A DNA stretch of 64,000 nt from Bryobacterales bacterium (GCA_965208945.1 OZ242366.1:2040483-2104482); one strand, 5' to 3'. Positions 38,504 to 52,865 are shown, counted from the stretch's first letter. Notes: generated by a model from the sequence alone, not told the origin. Made by a program: numbers and translations.

Positions 38504-38683
38504 GGCGTTTCCTGATTATCTTATGGCGAGTCTGGTGCCCGAAGGAAGCGCCTCCGGGAGTTGCTCCCTGACACGGCGAGCATCATCCCGAATGGAGTGG
38601 TTGACTCAGTGAGGCTCATGGGCCGAACTTTGCGCGGGGCGATAACGTAGTCAGACAGCCCGGCTTGAACGATCGCGAATCCA

Positions 38684-39933
38684 CTAGCCTGCATTTCTCA
38701 CCACCCGACGTCCGAAGCACGCGATAAGACCGCCAGGACTTCGCTTTTCCTTCGCAACGCTTGCTTGCCGTGCTCAACGTACTGTTCAAGTACGCCTGCG
38801 CGCGCCTTCTTCCTCCGCCCGGCTTGCGCCTCGTCCTGACGGCCCTCTCATGCACTTCGCCTCGCCATGTTGTGAGAAATGCAGGCTAGCTGTCAACGCA
38901 ACAGAAAACGTTCCCATGTTTGCGCAATCGAGGGAGAGCGGCGGGAGCTGCGGAGAACGGCATTCGCCGGGAGGCCGACCAAGAACGGCGGACGGTGCGC
39001 GGACACTTGTTCAGGACCCCCTCCATAAAAAAAATAGTGAACAATAGCGAACAATGGCGAACAATCGTGAACAGGGAAGCCGTGACCTGGCGGCGGGCAC
39101 GGCGGTCCGGACGGCGGTTTTCGGTTGTGCGACCCCTTCGCACCCACGGTGAACCGAACGGCGATAAATGCGGTGTTGCATGATTCGTGAAAACCAACAG
39201 GCCGTGTTGCCGGTGCGGGGGACGGCGGCCCCGCCCATGCCGCGCCATAGACGCCCCATGCCGCGCCGCAACGCGCAGGAAAGCAGCGAGAAAAGCATAA
39301 AGGCCGTGATTCGTGTTGCGTGACTCGTGATTCGTGAAAAACCTGAAAGGCCGTGTTGCCGGCGCGGGCGGCTTGCAGCTTGTGCTGTCGGCCGGGGTGG
39401 CCGGCGCCACGAAGGACAAACTTCGCCGCGGACGCATGCGCGTACTCTCACCTCCTCGATTTTGCCCGCTTTTTTCTTCGCGAGGGCCAGGATTCCCGAC
39501 TCGCTGTCCTCATGCTACGCCGTCCGGGGCGGCAAAAAAAGACTGAAGGGCTTCAGTACCCACGTGCACTTTTCGAGCCACGTGATTCGTGTTTCTTGAA
39601 AAACATAACAGCCTTGCTTCGTGTTTCGTGACTCGTGAATAAAAGCCGTGCTTCGTATCTTGTAAAAACCTTAAAATCAGTGACTTGCGGCTAGTGAACG
39701 CCTTGATTCGCGACCCGCACGGACTGCGCCTCGCCGCCTCCCTGTCCTCATGCCTAGCAGGCCGGGGCGGCAAAAACAAGACTGAAGGGCTTCAGTACCC
39801 ACATGCACCATTCGCGCCACGTGATTCGTGAAAACCCTGAAAGGCAGTGTTGCCGGCGCCAAGCGGCTTGCAGCTCGTCCTGACGGCCCTCTCACGCACT
39901 TCACCTCACCTCGTGGTGAGAAATGCAGGCTAG
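38684..39933 (-). repeat. 1.25-kb mosaic repeat, right arm of the large inverted repeat (full MITE copy D at 38684-38889 + modules + half-MITE)
   Basis: Reverse complement of the 32301-33560 arm. Starts CTAGCCTGCATTTCTCACCAC and ends GTGGTGAGAAATGCAGGCTAG. Confidence 0.85.
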
Positions 39934-39962
39934 CGGCAAGCTCCTACGCTACGATCGGATCG

Positions 39963-40199
39963 ATGGCGCGTCCTGTAGAAACCTATTCCGGATTCCGGGC
40001 TGATGAACGTCCTAGACGGTTCCTTTGGGAAGGGCGGTCGGTCGAAGTCAAGCAAATCCTGAGTCAATGGCGCGAACCCGACGAGGACTGTTTCCGGCTG
40101 ATCGGCGATGACGGCAATCCTTACATGCTTCGTCGAGGACGGAACGGGGACTGGACCGTCACAAAAACTCCAGACGCAACAAACGACGCGGCAAAGTAG
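39963..40199 (+). CDS. Small hypothetical protein (78 aa)
   Basis: ORF 39828..40199 begins inside the repeat. The sensible start is M46 (39963): MARPVETYSGFRADERPRRFLWEGRSVEVKQILSQWREPDEDCFRLIGDDGNPYMLRRGRNGDWTV. Normal composition, no recognised family. Confidence 0.45.
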   Translation: MARPVETYSGFRADERPRRFLWEGRSVEVKQILSQWREPDEDCFRLIGDDGNPYMLRRGRNGDWTVTKTPDATNDAAK

Positions 40200-40401
40200 C
40201 CCGAATCAGTCACCAACAAGTCCGCGACTCCGCTCACTCGTTCACCCTCCCTTAAATTGGCGACGTGACCTGAGCAGGAACCGCTACCAAGGCTTCATTC
40301 CTAAACTGCTCTGTCGTATCCGGATCAGTCGTTGGAAAGGATCTCCCCATGACACAGGATCTGCTGCGGTTACCAGGCTCACAGTCGCGTACTCGGGCCC
40401 G

Positions 40402-42465
40402 TTAGTAAACCCGCTCCGTACGCCTTGGGCGGCGGTAAGGCTGTTCAAGATACTTCTGTGCCTCGTCAAGGGCGCCTTGGGTGTTGTCCCGAGTACGCAG
40501 GGCGAGTTGGTATTCGTTCACGGCTCGATCACGCTGGTCAGTGATATCGAAGATATTGCCGAGGCTGATGTGCGCCCAGACTTCTGTCCACTCCGGCTCC
40601 CCATCGCCGTTCAGCGCCTCTCTAAACTGGTTGGCGGCCGACTGGTAGTTGTTCTGTCTAAAGAAGATCTCTCCGATGCGGTAGTGAGCCAGCGAACTGT
40701 AGCGGTTGATGTCCAGCGCTTGCTGATAAGTATCAAGCGCCTCGTCGTAATAGCCGAGTTCCATGAGCTGCTCGCCCTTGCGAATCGCCACCTTTACGTG
40801 AATCGACTCGTCGTAGCGCAGGATGCGGCTTTTCGGGTCGAGGACTACCCTGCGCGGCTTGCCAAAGGTTTCGATCACATAGTCCGATGATCGGCCCCGC
40901 ACTTCGATCATTTCGTACTCGGGCTCGCCTTCGGTTTGGACTTCCACCTCGACGGGCATGCTGAAAGTGTCCATGTCTTGCGAGATCTTGCCCATCACGC
41001 GGAATCCCTTGCCCCCCCCCAGTCGATAGATGGTGTACTCCTGTGAGAACTCCGGGGTGCCGGTGTTCTCCGTCCATTGAATAAAAAACGATTGCAGGCT
41101 CTTGCCACTGACAGATTCGGCTGTTTCCAGCAAATCCTCGGTGATCACGGAACTCCAGGCGTGCTTCTCGGCGAACTGCTTGAGCGTCGCAAAAAAGGCT
41201 TCGTCGCCCATGGTGAAGCGGAGCATATTCAGAACCATGGCGCCCTTGGAACCCGCGAGCGCATAGATTTCAGGCGAGAAATCCGGCAAGCGGCCGGCTT
41301 GCAATACGGGAATCTCGTCGTAGGTCAGCGCGTCAATCTGCGTATCCCGCAGAAAAACGATGAATTCGGTCTCGCCTTCGTTTTCTTCGATCTCGAGCAT
41401 CGCAGCATACTTGGCCAAACCCAGATCGAGCCAGGAATGATTGCGGTTCCCCGGAGAGATCAATGTCCGCCACCACTGGTGGGCGACTTCTGTCCCCAGT
41501 AGCAGACGATTTACGTCCTCGCCGATTCCGAAAGGACTGAGGAAAACGATGCCCGGCGCCGTATAGGCGTTCGGGGCATAATCGCCCGTCTCGATGACCG
41601 TCAGCGTCGTCGAATAGGGAGGGCCGAACTTTCCCGTGAAGAAGCCCATCATGCGGCCGACCTCGGCACCATAATTTTCAGCCAGATCCGCCGAGGCTGT
41701 CTTGAAATAGAGCAGCGTGTTGATGCCCTCGTAGTCCACGCGGACCGGCTCTTCCTGAACTACGGCGATGCTGCCGGGAAACGATGGCTGCGTGAAATTA
41801 AAGCTGTACTGAACCTTGTCGTCTGACTCGGAGCTCGTACCGATGCCGCTTGCGACGACTTGATAGCCTGCCGGCACGGTGATATGCATCTCGGCGGAAA
41901 AGCGATCGGCCGCATAGCCGTTCACTGGGAACCAACGCCCCGGGTAAAGCAAATAGGCACGGTCAGGGTCAATGGAAGCCAAGCTCACGCCCTGCACGGG
42001 CGAGTTCTCTACACCCGTCAGTTGCCCTTCGTACTGGAAGGTGACCGCGACAGGATTACCGACGACCAGAGCACCTGGGAAAGTGAGACGAACCTGATTG
42101 TCTTCGCGCACGCGGTCAACGGCAACATCGTCACCGTCGACGGTCACCACCCCGTTCACATTGAGGCTTGTATGCAGTTCGAAAACAACAAGATTCATAG
42201 CCTCCCGCGGCACGAAACGCACCTCTGTCAGCGCTTCGATCGAGCGGCCGAGCGGATCGATCTCGGCGTGTATGCGATAGAACTCGACGTCAATGAGCGG
42301 GACCTGCGTTTGGGCCCGACCCTGAGGAAGGATCGCCAACGCGCTCAACAAAAGCGCCGCGAGCATAACCCGAGGGCCTAGGGCGGGTGTCTTCGCCGCC
42401 ACCGGCATGACGCCGGAATCGGCCATGGTCCTAATCGTTCGCCTGCAAATCAAATGTTGTCGCAT
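40402..42465 (-). CDS. M1-aminopeptidase-like protein with C-terminal TPR repeats; zinc-ligand motif degenerate
   Basis: 687 aa (alternative start M14 at 42426 removes the overlap with lpxB). M1 core aligns, but HExxH-X18-E reads TEVAH-X18-L (LLGTEVAHQWWRTLISPGNRNHSWLDLGLAKY). The C-terminus has TPR-like repeats (YYDEALDTYQQAL, AHYRIGEIFFRQNNYQSAANQFREAL). Confidence 0.8.
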   Translation of the reverse strand: MRQHLICRRTIRTMADSGVMPVAAKTPALGPRVMLAALLLSALAILPQGRAQTQVPLIDVEFYRIHAEIDPLGRSIEALTEVRFVPREAMNLVVFELHTSLNVNGVVTVDGDDVAVDRVREDNQVRLTFPGALVVGNPVAVTFQYEGQLTGVENSPVQGVSLASIDPDRAYLLYPGRWFPVNGYAADRFSAEMHITVPAGYQVVASGIGTSSESDDKVQYSFNFTQPSFPGSIAVVQEEPVRVDYEGINTLLYFKTASADLAENYGAEVGRMMGFFTGKFGPPYSTTLTVIETGDYAPNAYTAPGIVFLSPFGIGEDVNRLLLGTEVAHQWWRTLISPGNRNHSWLDLGLAKYAAMLEIEENEGETEFIVFLRDTQIDALTYDEIPVLQAGRLPDFSPEIYALAGSKGAMVLNMLRFTMGDEAFFATLKQFAEKHAWSSVITEDLLETAESVSGKSLQSFFIQWTENTGTPEFSQEYTIYRLGGGKGFRVMGKISQDMDTFSMPVEVEVQTEGEPEYEMIEVRGRSSDYVIETFGKPRRVVLDPKSRILRYDESIHVKVAIRKGEQLMELGYYDEALDTYQQALDINRYSSLAHYRIGEIFFRQNNYQSAANQFREALNGDGEPEWTEVWAHISLGNIFDITDQRDRAVNEYQLALRTRDNTQGALDEAQKYLEQPYRRPRRTERVY

Positions 42466-43571
42466 ATTACCTCCGCCGCCCGTTCTGCCGCCGGCCGGTC
42501 CCCGCTGAGGACTTCTGCTATGACCGACAGTTCCCGGCGCATCTGTTGTCTCTCATCTTCGTTCTCCAACAAGCGCCGCGCTTCACCGGCGATCTTGTCG
42601 GCCGTGCAGTCCCATTGGATCAATTCCGGAACGATGAGGCGGTCAGCCAGCAGGTTGACCATGCTGTAAAAAGGCACATCCACTAGCATCTTCGCTATGA
42701 GCCAGGTTCCAAAACTGATCCTATAGAAGACAACCATCGGCGTCCCAAGCAGCGCAGTTTCGAGCGCCGCCGTGCCGCTCGCGACAAGCGCCAAATCGGC
42801 ATGTCCGACTGCGTTGTGCAGATCATCTTCAACTACATGGACGGACGACCCGCCAATGCGTTGCAAAAAAAATGCTTTCCCCGTGGTGCGGGAGGCCGCC
42901 AGGACAAAGTCGGCTGGTATGAAGGTACTGATCTGACGCACCGCTCCGAGCAGGTGTGGGAGGTGACGGGCGGCTTCGTTGCGGCGGCTTCCAGGCAGCA
43001 GAGCAATCACAGGCCGTTCCCCGCTGAGCCCGAGTTCGCGCAAGAACTCGTCTCGCGATTTCGTTGTCTTCGTAACACGGCTGAACGGATGTCCAACGTA
43101 CGTTGTCGGCACGCCGCGGTCTCGAAAGAACTTTTGCTCGAACGGAAAAATACACAGCAGGTGCGCCACCAAACGCCGGATCGCCCGGATCCTCCCCTTG
43201 CGCCAAGCCCATACCTGAGGCGCCACATACCAGAAGACCGGTATTCCCTGCCTCTTGAGGAAGCGGCACAGATCGATGTGGAACCCGGGCGCGTCCGTCA
43301 CGATCGCAATATCCGGCCGCTCCCTGTGCACGGCGCCGGCCATACGAAACAAGAGTCGATAGACGCGCGGCGCGTGCAGAAGAACTTCGAAGATGCCCAC
43401 GATAGACAGGCTCTCGGTCCGTACTACAGGCCGCACGCCGGCCGCACGCATCCGCGGACCGGCGCAACCGAAGAATTCCGCCTCAGGAAAACAATCGCGC
43501 AGCCGCTCGACAAGCTCAGCGGCATGTCGATCCGCTGAAGCCTCTGCCGCGGAAACCAGAATCTTCATCAC
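42450..43571 (-). CDS. lpxB: Lipid-A-disaccharide synthase
   Basis: 373 aa. N-terminus MKILVSAAEASADRHAAELVERL. GT19-family length and layout. Confidence 0.88.
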   Translation of the reverse strand: MMKILVSAAEASADRHAAELVERLRDCFPEAEFFGCAGPRMRAAGVRPVVRTESLSIVGIFEVLLHAPRVYRLLFRMAGAVHRERPDIAIVTDAPGFHIDLCRFLKRQGIPVFWYVAPQVWAWRKGRIRAIRRLVAHLLCIFPFEQKFFRDRGVPTTYVGHPFSRVTKTTKSRDEFLRELGLSGERPVIALLPGSRRNEAARHLPHLLGAVRQISTFIPADFVLAASRTTGKAFFLQRIGGSSVHVVEDDLHNAVGHADLALVASGTAALETALLGTPMVVFYRISFGTWLIAKMLVDVPFYSMVNLLADRLIVPELIQWDCTADKIAGEARRLLENEDERQQMRRELSVIAEVLSGDRPAAERAAEVICDNI

Positions 43572-43654
43572 GAATTATCAGGGAGCCGAGCATCGGGAAA
43601 CCCACAGCGCGGGAACTCGGTACTGCGTTCCACGGCTTTCCTCCTGTGCCGGAC

Positions 43655-48788
<5,134 letters not shown>

Positions 48789-49901
48789 TTAAATCCTCAT
48801 TGGCATTACGACGTAGCGGTAGTCGTAGCGGTCCGCGCCAGGTAAACGCAGCTCGCCGGCGCCGTTCTCACCCCGCAGCCCGAATTCAACCGTTTCCGAT
48901 TCGACAGCGCCCAGGAAATCGAGCAAGTACTGCGCATTGAAACCGACCTTGAACTTCTCGCCATCGTACTCAACCGGTATCGACTCCTCACTATCTCCAG
49001 CCTCCGATCCACTTGAGACCAGCTTGAGGTTGTTGGAGTCGAGTTCGAGGCGGATCGCGTGGGAACGATCATCGGCGAACTGCGAGACCCTCCGAACTGC
49101 GGCCAGCGATTCTTCTCGCCCAAGAACGAGAATACTGCCACGATCTTTCGGCAGCACTCGCTCATAGTCCGGGAACTGGCCGGTTAGCTTGCGCGAGATC
49201 AGGAGCCGCTCGCCACACCGGAAATAGAGATGATTCTCGTCCGTGGCGAAGTCAAGCAACAGAGAGTCACCGGCCTCAGAGGCAAGCTTTAGAACCTCAG
49301 CCAGGCCCTTCTTGGGAATAAGTGATTTGAGATGACCGCTGATGCCCTCAAAGGCCTGCGAAGCCTCGATGTACGAGAGTCGATGGCCATCGGTCGCGAC
49401 CATCACCAGCCCGTCTTCCCTGAGCAACATCAGCCCACCGGTAAGGGTGTAGCGTGACTCTTCATTTGCAACCGAGAAGATCGTCTTTGAGACGACATCT
49501 GCCATTAGAACAGCGGGGATTTTAGTAACGGGCGCTGGCATCGCGGGCAGATCCGGGAAATTCTCCGGAGACATCCCTGCAACACGCGTTCGTGATCGAC
49601 CGCATACCAACGAAGCCGAGTGCTTCTCCGAGACCTTGATCGACAGTTCCGCATCCGGTAGCAGGCGGACATAGTCCAGCAGCTTTCGGGCGGGAAGCGT
49701 TGTCGACCCCGCCCTCTTAACACTTGCCCGGCACGAGCTACGGATTCCCAACTCAAGGTCCGTTACCGTCAGCACCAGAGTGTTGTCTTGAGCCTGCAAT
49801 AGGACATTTGACAGCACGGGTATGGTAGTTTTCTTCTCGACCACCCCCTGGCCCAGGCTCAGTTCCTTGACCAAGTCCGCCTTCCTGACCGTGAGTTCCA
49901 T
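48789..49901 (-). CDS. dnaN: DNA polymerase III beta sliding clamp
   Basis: 370 aa, three-domain clamp layout. N-terminus ..VVEKKTTIPVLSNVLLQA and C-terminus ..YRYVVMPMRI. Confidence 0.95.
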   Translation of the reverse strand: MELTVRKADLVKELSLGQGVVEKKTTIPVLSNVLLQAQDNTLVLTVTDLELGIRSSCRASVKRAGSTTLPARKLLDYVRLLPDAELSIKVSEKHSASLVCGRSRTRVAGMSPENFPDLPAMPAPVTKIPAVLMADVVSKTIFSVANEESRYTLTGGLMLLREDGLVMVATDGHRLSYIEASQAFEGISGHLKSLIPKKGLAEVLKLASEAGDSLLLDFATDENHLYFRCGERLLISRKLTGQFPDYERVLPKDRGSILVLGREESLAAVRRVSQFADDRSHAIRLELDSNNLKLVSSGSEAGDSEESIPVEYDGEKFKVGFNAQYLLDFLGAVESETVEFGLRGENGAGELRLPGADRYDYRYVVMPMRI

Positions 49902-50165
49902 GTGATCTGCTTCCAGCCCGCAAGCATGCAGGCCTGTGCGCTCAAGGGTATGACTCTTGTTAAAGAGAACTTCCTAGTTACATCAGATTCGTAGTAGCTG
50001 TGAACCTGTGGAAAAGTCGTTCAAACGACTTTTATTCAGTACTTTACAGTGTACCAGACTCTGTGGACGGATGTCCTCCTCTTGTGTGTTTCCGTTGGGT
50101 TGCAAAATCCTCGAGCCGAGCTCCTGCGGGAGTGTGAGCCCGGATTGTGGATAAAGTATCGATCT
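49902..50165. promoter_or_regulatory. Candidate oriC / DnaA-box cluster in the dnaA-dnaN spacer
   Basis: Perfect DnaA box TGTGGATAA (reverse complement TTATCCACA) at 50146-50154. One-mismatch box TGTGGAAAA at 50007-50015. Weaker TGTGGACGG at 50062-50070. All three share one orientation and sit next to an AT-richer stretch (49960-50045). Confidence 0.6.
50012..50033. terminator. Symmetric hairpin AAAAGTCG-TTCAAA-CGACTTTT downstream of dnaA (bidirectional terminator-like)
   Basis: 8-bp stem flanked by an A-run and a T-run, read directly. It overlaps the 50007-50015 DnaA-box-like site. Confidence 0.35.
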
Positions 50166-51488
50166 CTAGTTGATTCTATCAGTTAGCCGCTGGAGGAGAG
50201 TGTCAATTTCCTGATCACCTCGCCGCTGCGATTCGATCTTGCGGACGGCATGCAAGACGGTCGTGTGATGCTTGCCGGCGAAGGCTTTCCCGATGTCGGG
50301 CAGCGAGAGCCCTAGCAGTTCCTTCGCGAGGTACATGGCGATCTGTCGGGGGTAGGCGATCGACCTTGTGTTGGTTCTCTCTTTGAGTTGAGTCAGTTCG
50401 AGCCCGAAGTGTTCAGCGACGACTCTGAGCACTTTATCAAGGGTCGCTCTTGAGCCCCTGGATGAAGTTACGGACTCCAGGGTTTGCTTAGCCATTTCAA
50501 GAGTGACCTCGGAGCGTGTCAGTGAGGCAATGGCCATGAGGCGTGTGAGCACTCCTTCAAGCTCACGGATATTCGACTTCAAGTGCGTGGCCAAGTAGAT
50601 ACGGACCTTGTGGCTTAACGAAAGAGACAGCTCTTCTGCCTTGTGGTCGAGGATCGCCAACTTGGTTTCGAGGTCGGGTGCTTGTATGTCAGCCATGAGG
50701 CCCCACTCGAACCGTGACCGGAGCCGGTCGACTAGCCCCGAGATCTTGTTCGGCGGTCGGTCGCTCGAGATGACAATCTGTTTCTGAAGGTTGTGTAGCG
50801 TGTTGAAGGTGTGGAAAAACTCCTCTTGCGTGCGCTCTTTCGAGCCAAGCGTTTGGATGTCGTCAACGAGAAGCACATCAGCCGACCGGAAGCGCCGGTG
50901 GAAGGAACCCATGCGGTCGTAGCGGAGCGAGTTGATCATCTCGTTCATGAACTCTTCGCTTGAGACGTAGACGACCTGGAGCCGCGGGAAGTGTAACTGT
51001 GCCTGCTGGCCGATCGCGTGCATGAGATGGGTCTTGCCCATACCTACCCCGCCATAGATGTAGAGGGGGTTGTATGCACGAGCCGGGTTCGTTGCAACCG
51101 CGCGTGCTGCTGCATGAGCCAGTTCGTTGCATGAGCCGACGACAAAGTGGTCGAAGGTGTATCGGTCGTTGAAAACGCCGGTCGTGCTGGAGAAGTCGAG
51201 CACTGTTTGTGTAGCAGAATCCTCGTAATGTGGTGGTCGCGGCGATAGTTGAGGGGCTACGGCAAAACGGAGTGCTGCGACACCGAGACCGAGATGTCTC
51301 CCGGCGGAGAGGATACTTTCGGTGAACTCGTCCTCGATCCAGCGCTTGGCACTGAGACTGGGCACGATGAGGTGGAGCGCTTTCGAATCATCAAGATGGC
51401 TGAAGCGAACAGGCTCAAGCCAGTTCTCAAAGCTCTCAGGACTGGTCTGGGGCTGGAGGCTCTTGACGATTTGCTCCCACGGATTCAT
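50166..51488 (-). CDS. dnaA: Chromosomal replication initiator DnaA
   Basis: ORF 50166..51518; likely start M11 (MNPWEQIVKSL). AAA+ motifs YIYGGVGMGKTHLMHAIG and LLVDDIQ. C-terminal DNA-binding domain IAMYLAKELLGLSLPDIGKAFAGKHHTTVLHAVRKI. Confidence 0.97.
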   Translation of the reverse strand: MNPWEQIVKSLQPQTSPESFENWLEPVRFSHLDDSKALHLIVPSLSAKRWIEDEFTESILSAGRHLGLGVAALRFAVAPQLSPRPPHYEDSATQTVLDFSSTTGVFNDRYTFDHFVVGSCNELAHAAARAVATNPARAYNPLYIYGGVGMGKTHLMHAIGQQAQLHFPRLQVVYVSSEEFMNEMINSLRYDRMGSFHRRFRSADVLLVDDIQTLGSKERTQEEFFHTFNTLHNLQKQIVISSDRPPNKISGLVDRLRSRFEWGLMADIQAPDLETKLAILDHKAEELSLSLSHKVRIYLATHLKSNIRELEGVLTRLMAIASLTRSEVTLEMAKQTLESVTSSRGSRATLDKVLRVVAEHFGLELTQLKERTNTRSIAYPRQIAMYLAKELLGLSLPDIGKAFAGKHHTTVLHAVRKIESQRRGDQEIDTLLQRLTDRIN

Positions 51489-51736
51489 GCGTCTACGTCT
51501 GGTACCCAGCAAGCACAAGAGCGAGGGTATTCCTGCTCATGACTTACGGTTGTCTCGAGGGGTGGCAAGCGGCGATACAAGTCTCAACCGCGCCGAAGGA
51601 GACAGTAGTGTAACATGGCGATCTTTGCACTCGACAAAGTTAGTGGCGGAAAATTCTACATGCCGCGAAACCCAATGGGCAGTTGGAGATGAGCGGTTTA
51701 CACGGCCGCTGAGGAGAACAGAAACCGGGCCGTCTG

Positions 51737-52597
51737 TTACGACAGTACCGGAAGGATTTGTTTGGTCTGAGCCGAAGGCAGCACTTCGTTCAGCGAACCC
51801 TGGCGGTAGCCCTCGAGATCAAGCGTGACGTAGCGGAACCCGATGGCCCGGAAGTCCTCGGTGAGACGCGCGGCCATCGTGGGGTCGAGCGCGCGCGCGA
51901 GTTCGTCCTTGCCGACTTCAATGCGCACCAGTTCGCCGTGATAGCGTACACGATAGACCCGAAAGCCGAGTTGCTTCAGCGCTTCCTCGCCCTGTTCGAC
52001 GAGCCGGACGTTCTCGCGTGTGACCTTGGTGCCATAGGGAATGCGCGAACTGAGACAGGCGGCGGCCGGCCGGTCCCAGGTAGGGAGACCTGCGTTCTTA
52101 GAGAGCTCACGGATCTCCGCTTTTGTGAGCCGCGCTTCGAGTAGCGGGGCGCGGACACCGTGGTCCTTGGCGGCTCGATGACCAGGGCGGAAGTCCGACG
52201 TGTCATCAACATTCACGCCATAGACGATGTTCTCGTAGCCGAGCTTGTCGCCGATCTCCTTGAGGCGAGTGAAGAGCTCATCCTTGCAATGGAAGCAGCG
52301 GTTGGAGTCGTTCTTCACGTACTCCTCATTCTCGAACTCGTACGTGTTGATGTACTGGTGCCGCAGCATAAAGCGCTTGACGAAGTCTTCGGCGTCGCGC
52401 TTGTGCGATTCTGGAATGGATGCCGAGTCGGCCGTGATGGCGAGAGCATCACCACCCAGTACCTTTCCTGCGGCCCAGGCGAGATAGGCCGAGTCCGTTC
52501 CGCCGGAGTAGGCTACCATTACACGCCCCATCGTCCGCAAGATGGCGAAAAGCTGATCCTGCTTGGCGTTGAGTGACCTAGAATTCACGTAAGACAT
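51737..52597 (-). CDS. larE: PP-loop ATPase, LarE-like ATP-dependent sacrificial sulfur transferase (TIGR00268 family)
   Basis: ORF 51737..52780; likely start M62 (MSYVNSRSLNAKQDQL). PP-loop VAYSGGTDS, CFHCK, and AAACLSSRIPYG (LarE-type Cys). The symbol is tentative. Confidence 0.8.
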   Translation of the reverse strand: MSYVNSRSLNAKQDQLFAILRTMGRVMVAYSGGTDSAYLAWAAGKVLGGDALAITADSASIPESHKRDAEDFVKRFMLRHQYINTYEFENEEYVKNDSNRCFHCKDELFTRLKEIGDKLGYENIVYGVNVDDTSDFRPGHRAAKDHGVRAPLLEARLTKAEIRELSKNAGLPTWDRPAAACLSSRIPYGTKVTRENVRLVEQGEEALKQLGFRVYRVRYHGELVRIEVGKDELARALDPTMAARLTEDFRAIGFRYVTLDLEGYRQGSLNEVLPSAQTKQILPVLS

Positions 52598-52865
52598 TAT
52601 ACAGCCCGTGTTAAAAGTCACGCGGGCGGCGTTACGCGCCCCGAAACTGATGGCGTAACGCCTAACCGTTCCAGGAACGTGGCGGCTCGCTCTCCGCGCG
52701 ACCGAGCGGAAGCGGCGCGTAACCCTTTGGGCGACGGACATTTGCAGTCGTCGGCTGTGTCGTTCGTCGGAGGAGATCACCCGGATCGGAGGTCCTCCTC
52801 ACTCCGCGCCGAGGATGAGCAGGAGCCCGTCGCGCCTTCCACGGGACTTTTGATACGGGCTGTAT
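52597..52865. other. About 268-bp GC-rich segment bounded by a 22-nt inverted repeat (20/22), abutting the larE-like start codon
   Basis: TATACAGCCCGTGTTAAAAGTC (about 52597-52618) pairs with GACTTTTGATACGGGCTGTATA (about 52843-52864). There is an internal 10-bp hairpin, GGCGTTACGC..GCGTAACGCC. Coordinates are +/-2; my reading of the printed sequence and the ORF track disagreed by 1 nt here. Confidence 0.3.

Noticed and set aside
51489-51736. Region upstream of dnaA as the origin
   Set aside because: I searched by eye for TTATCCACA/TGTGGATAA-like 9-mers and found none. The dnaA-dnaN spacer is the better candidate.
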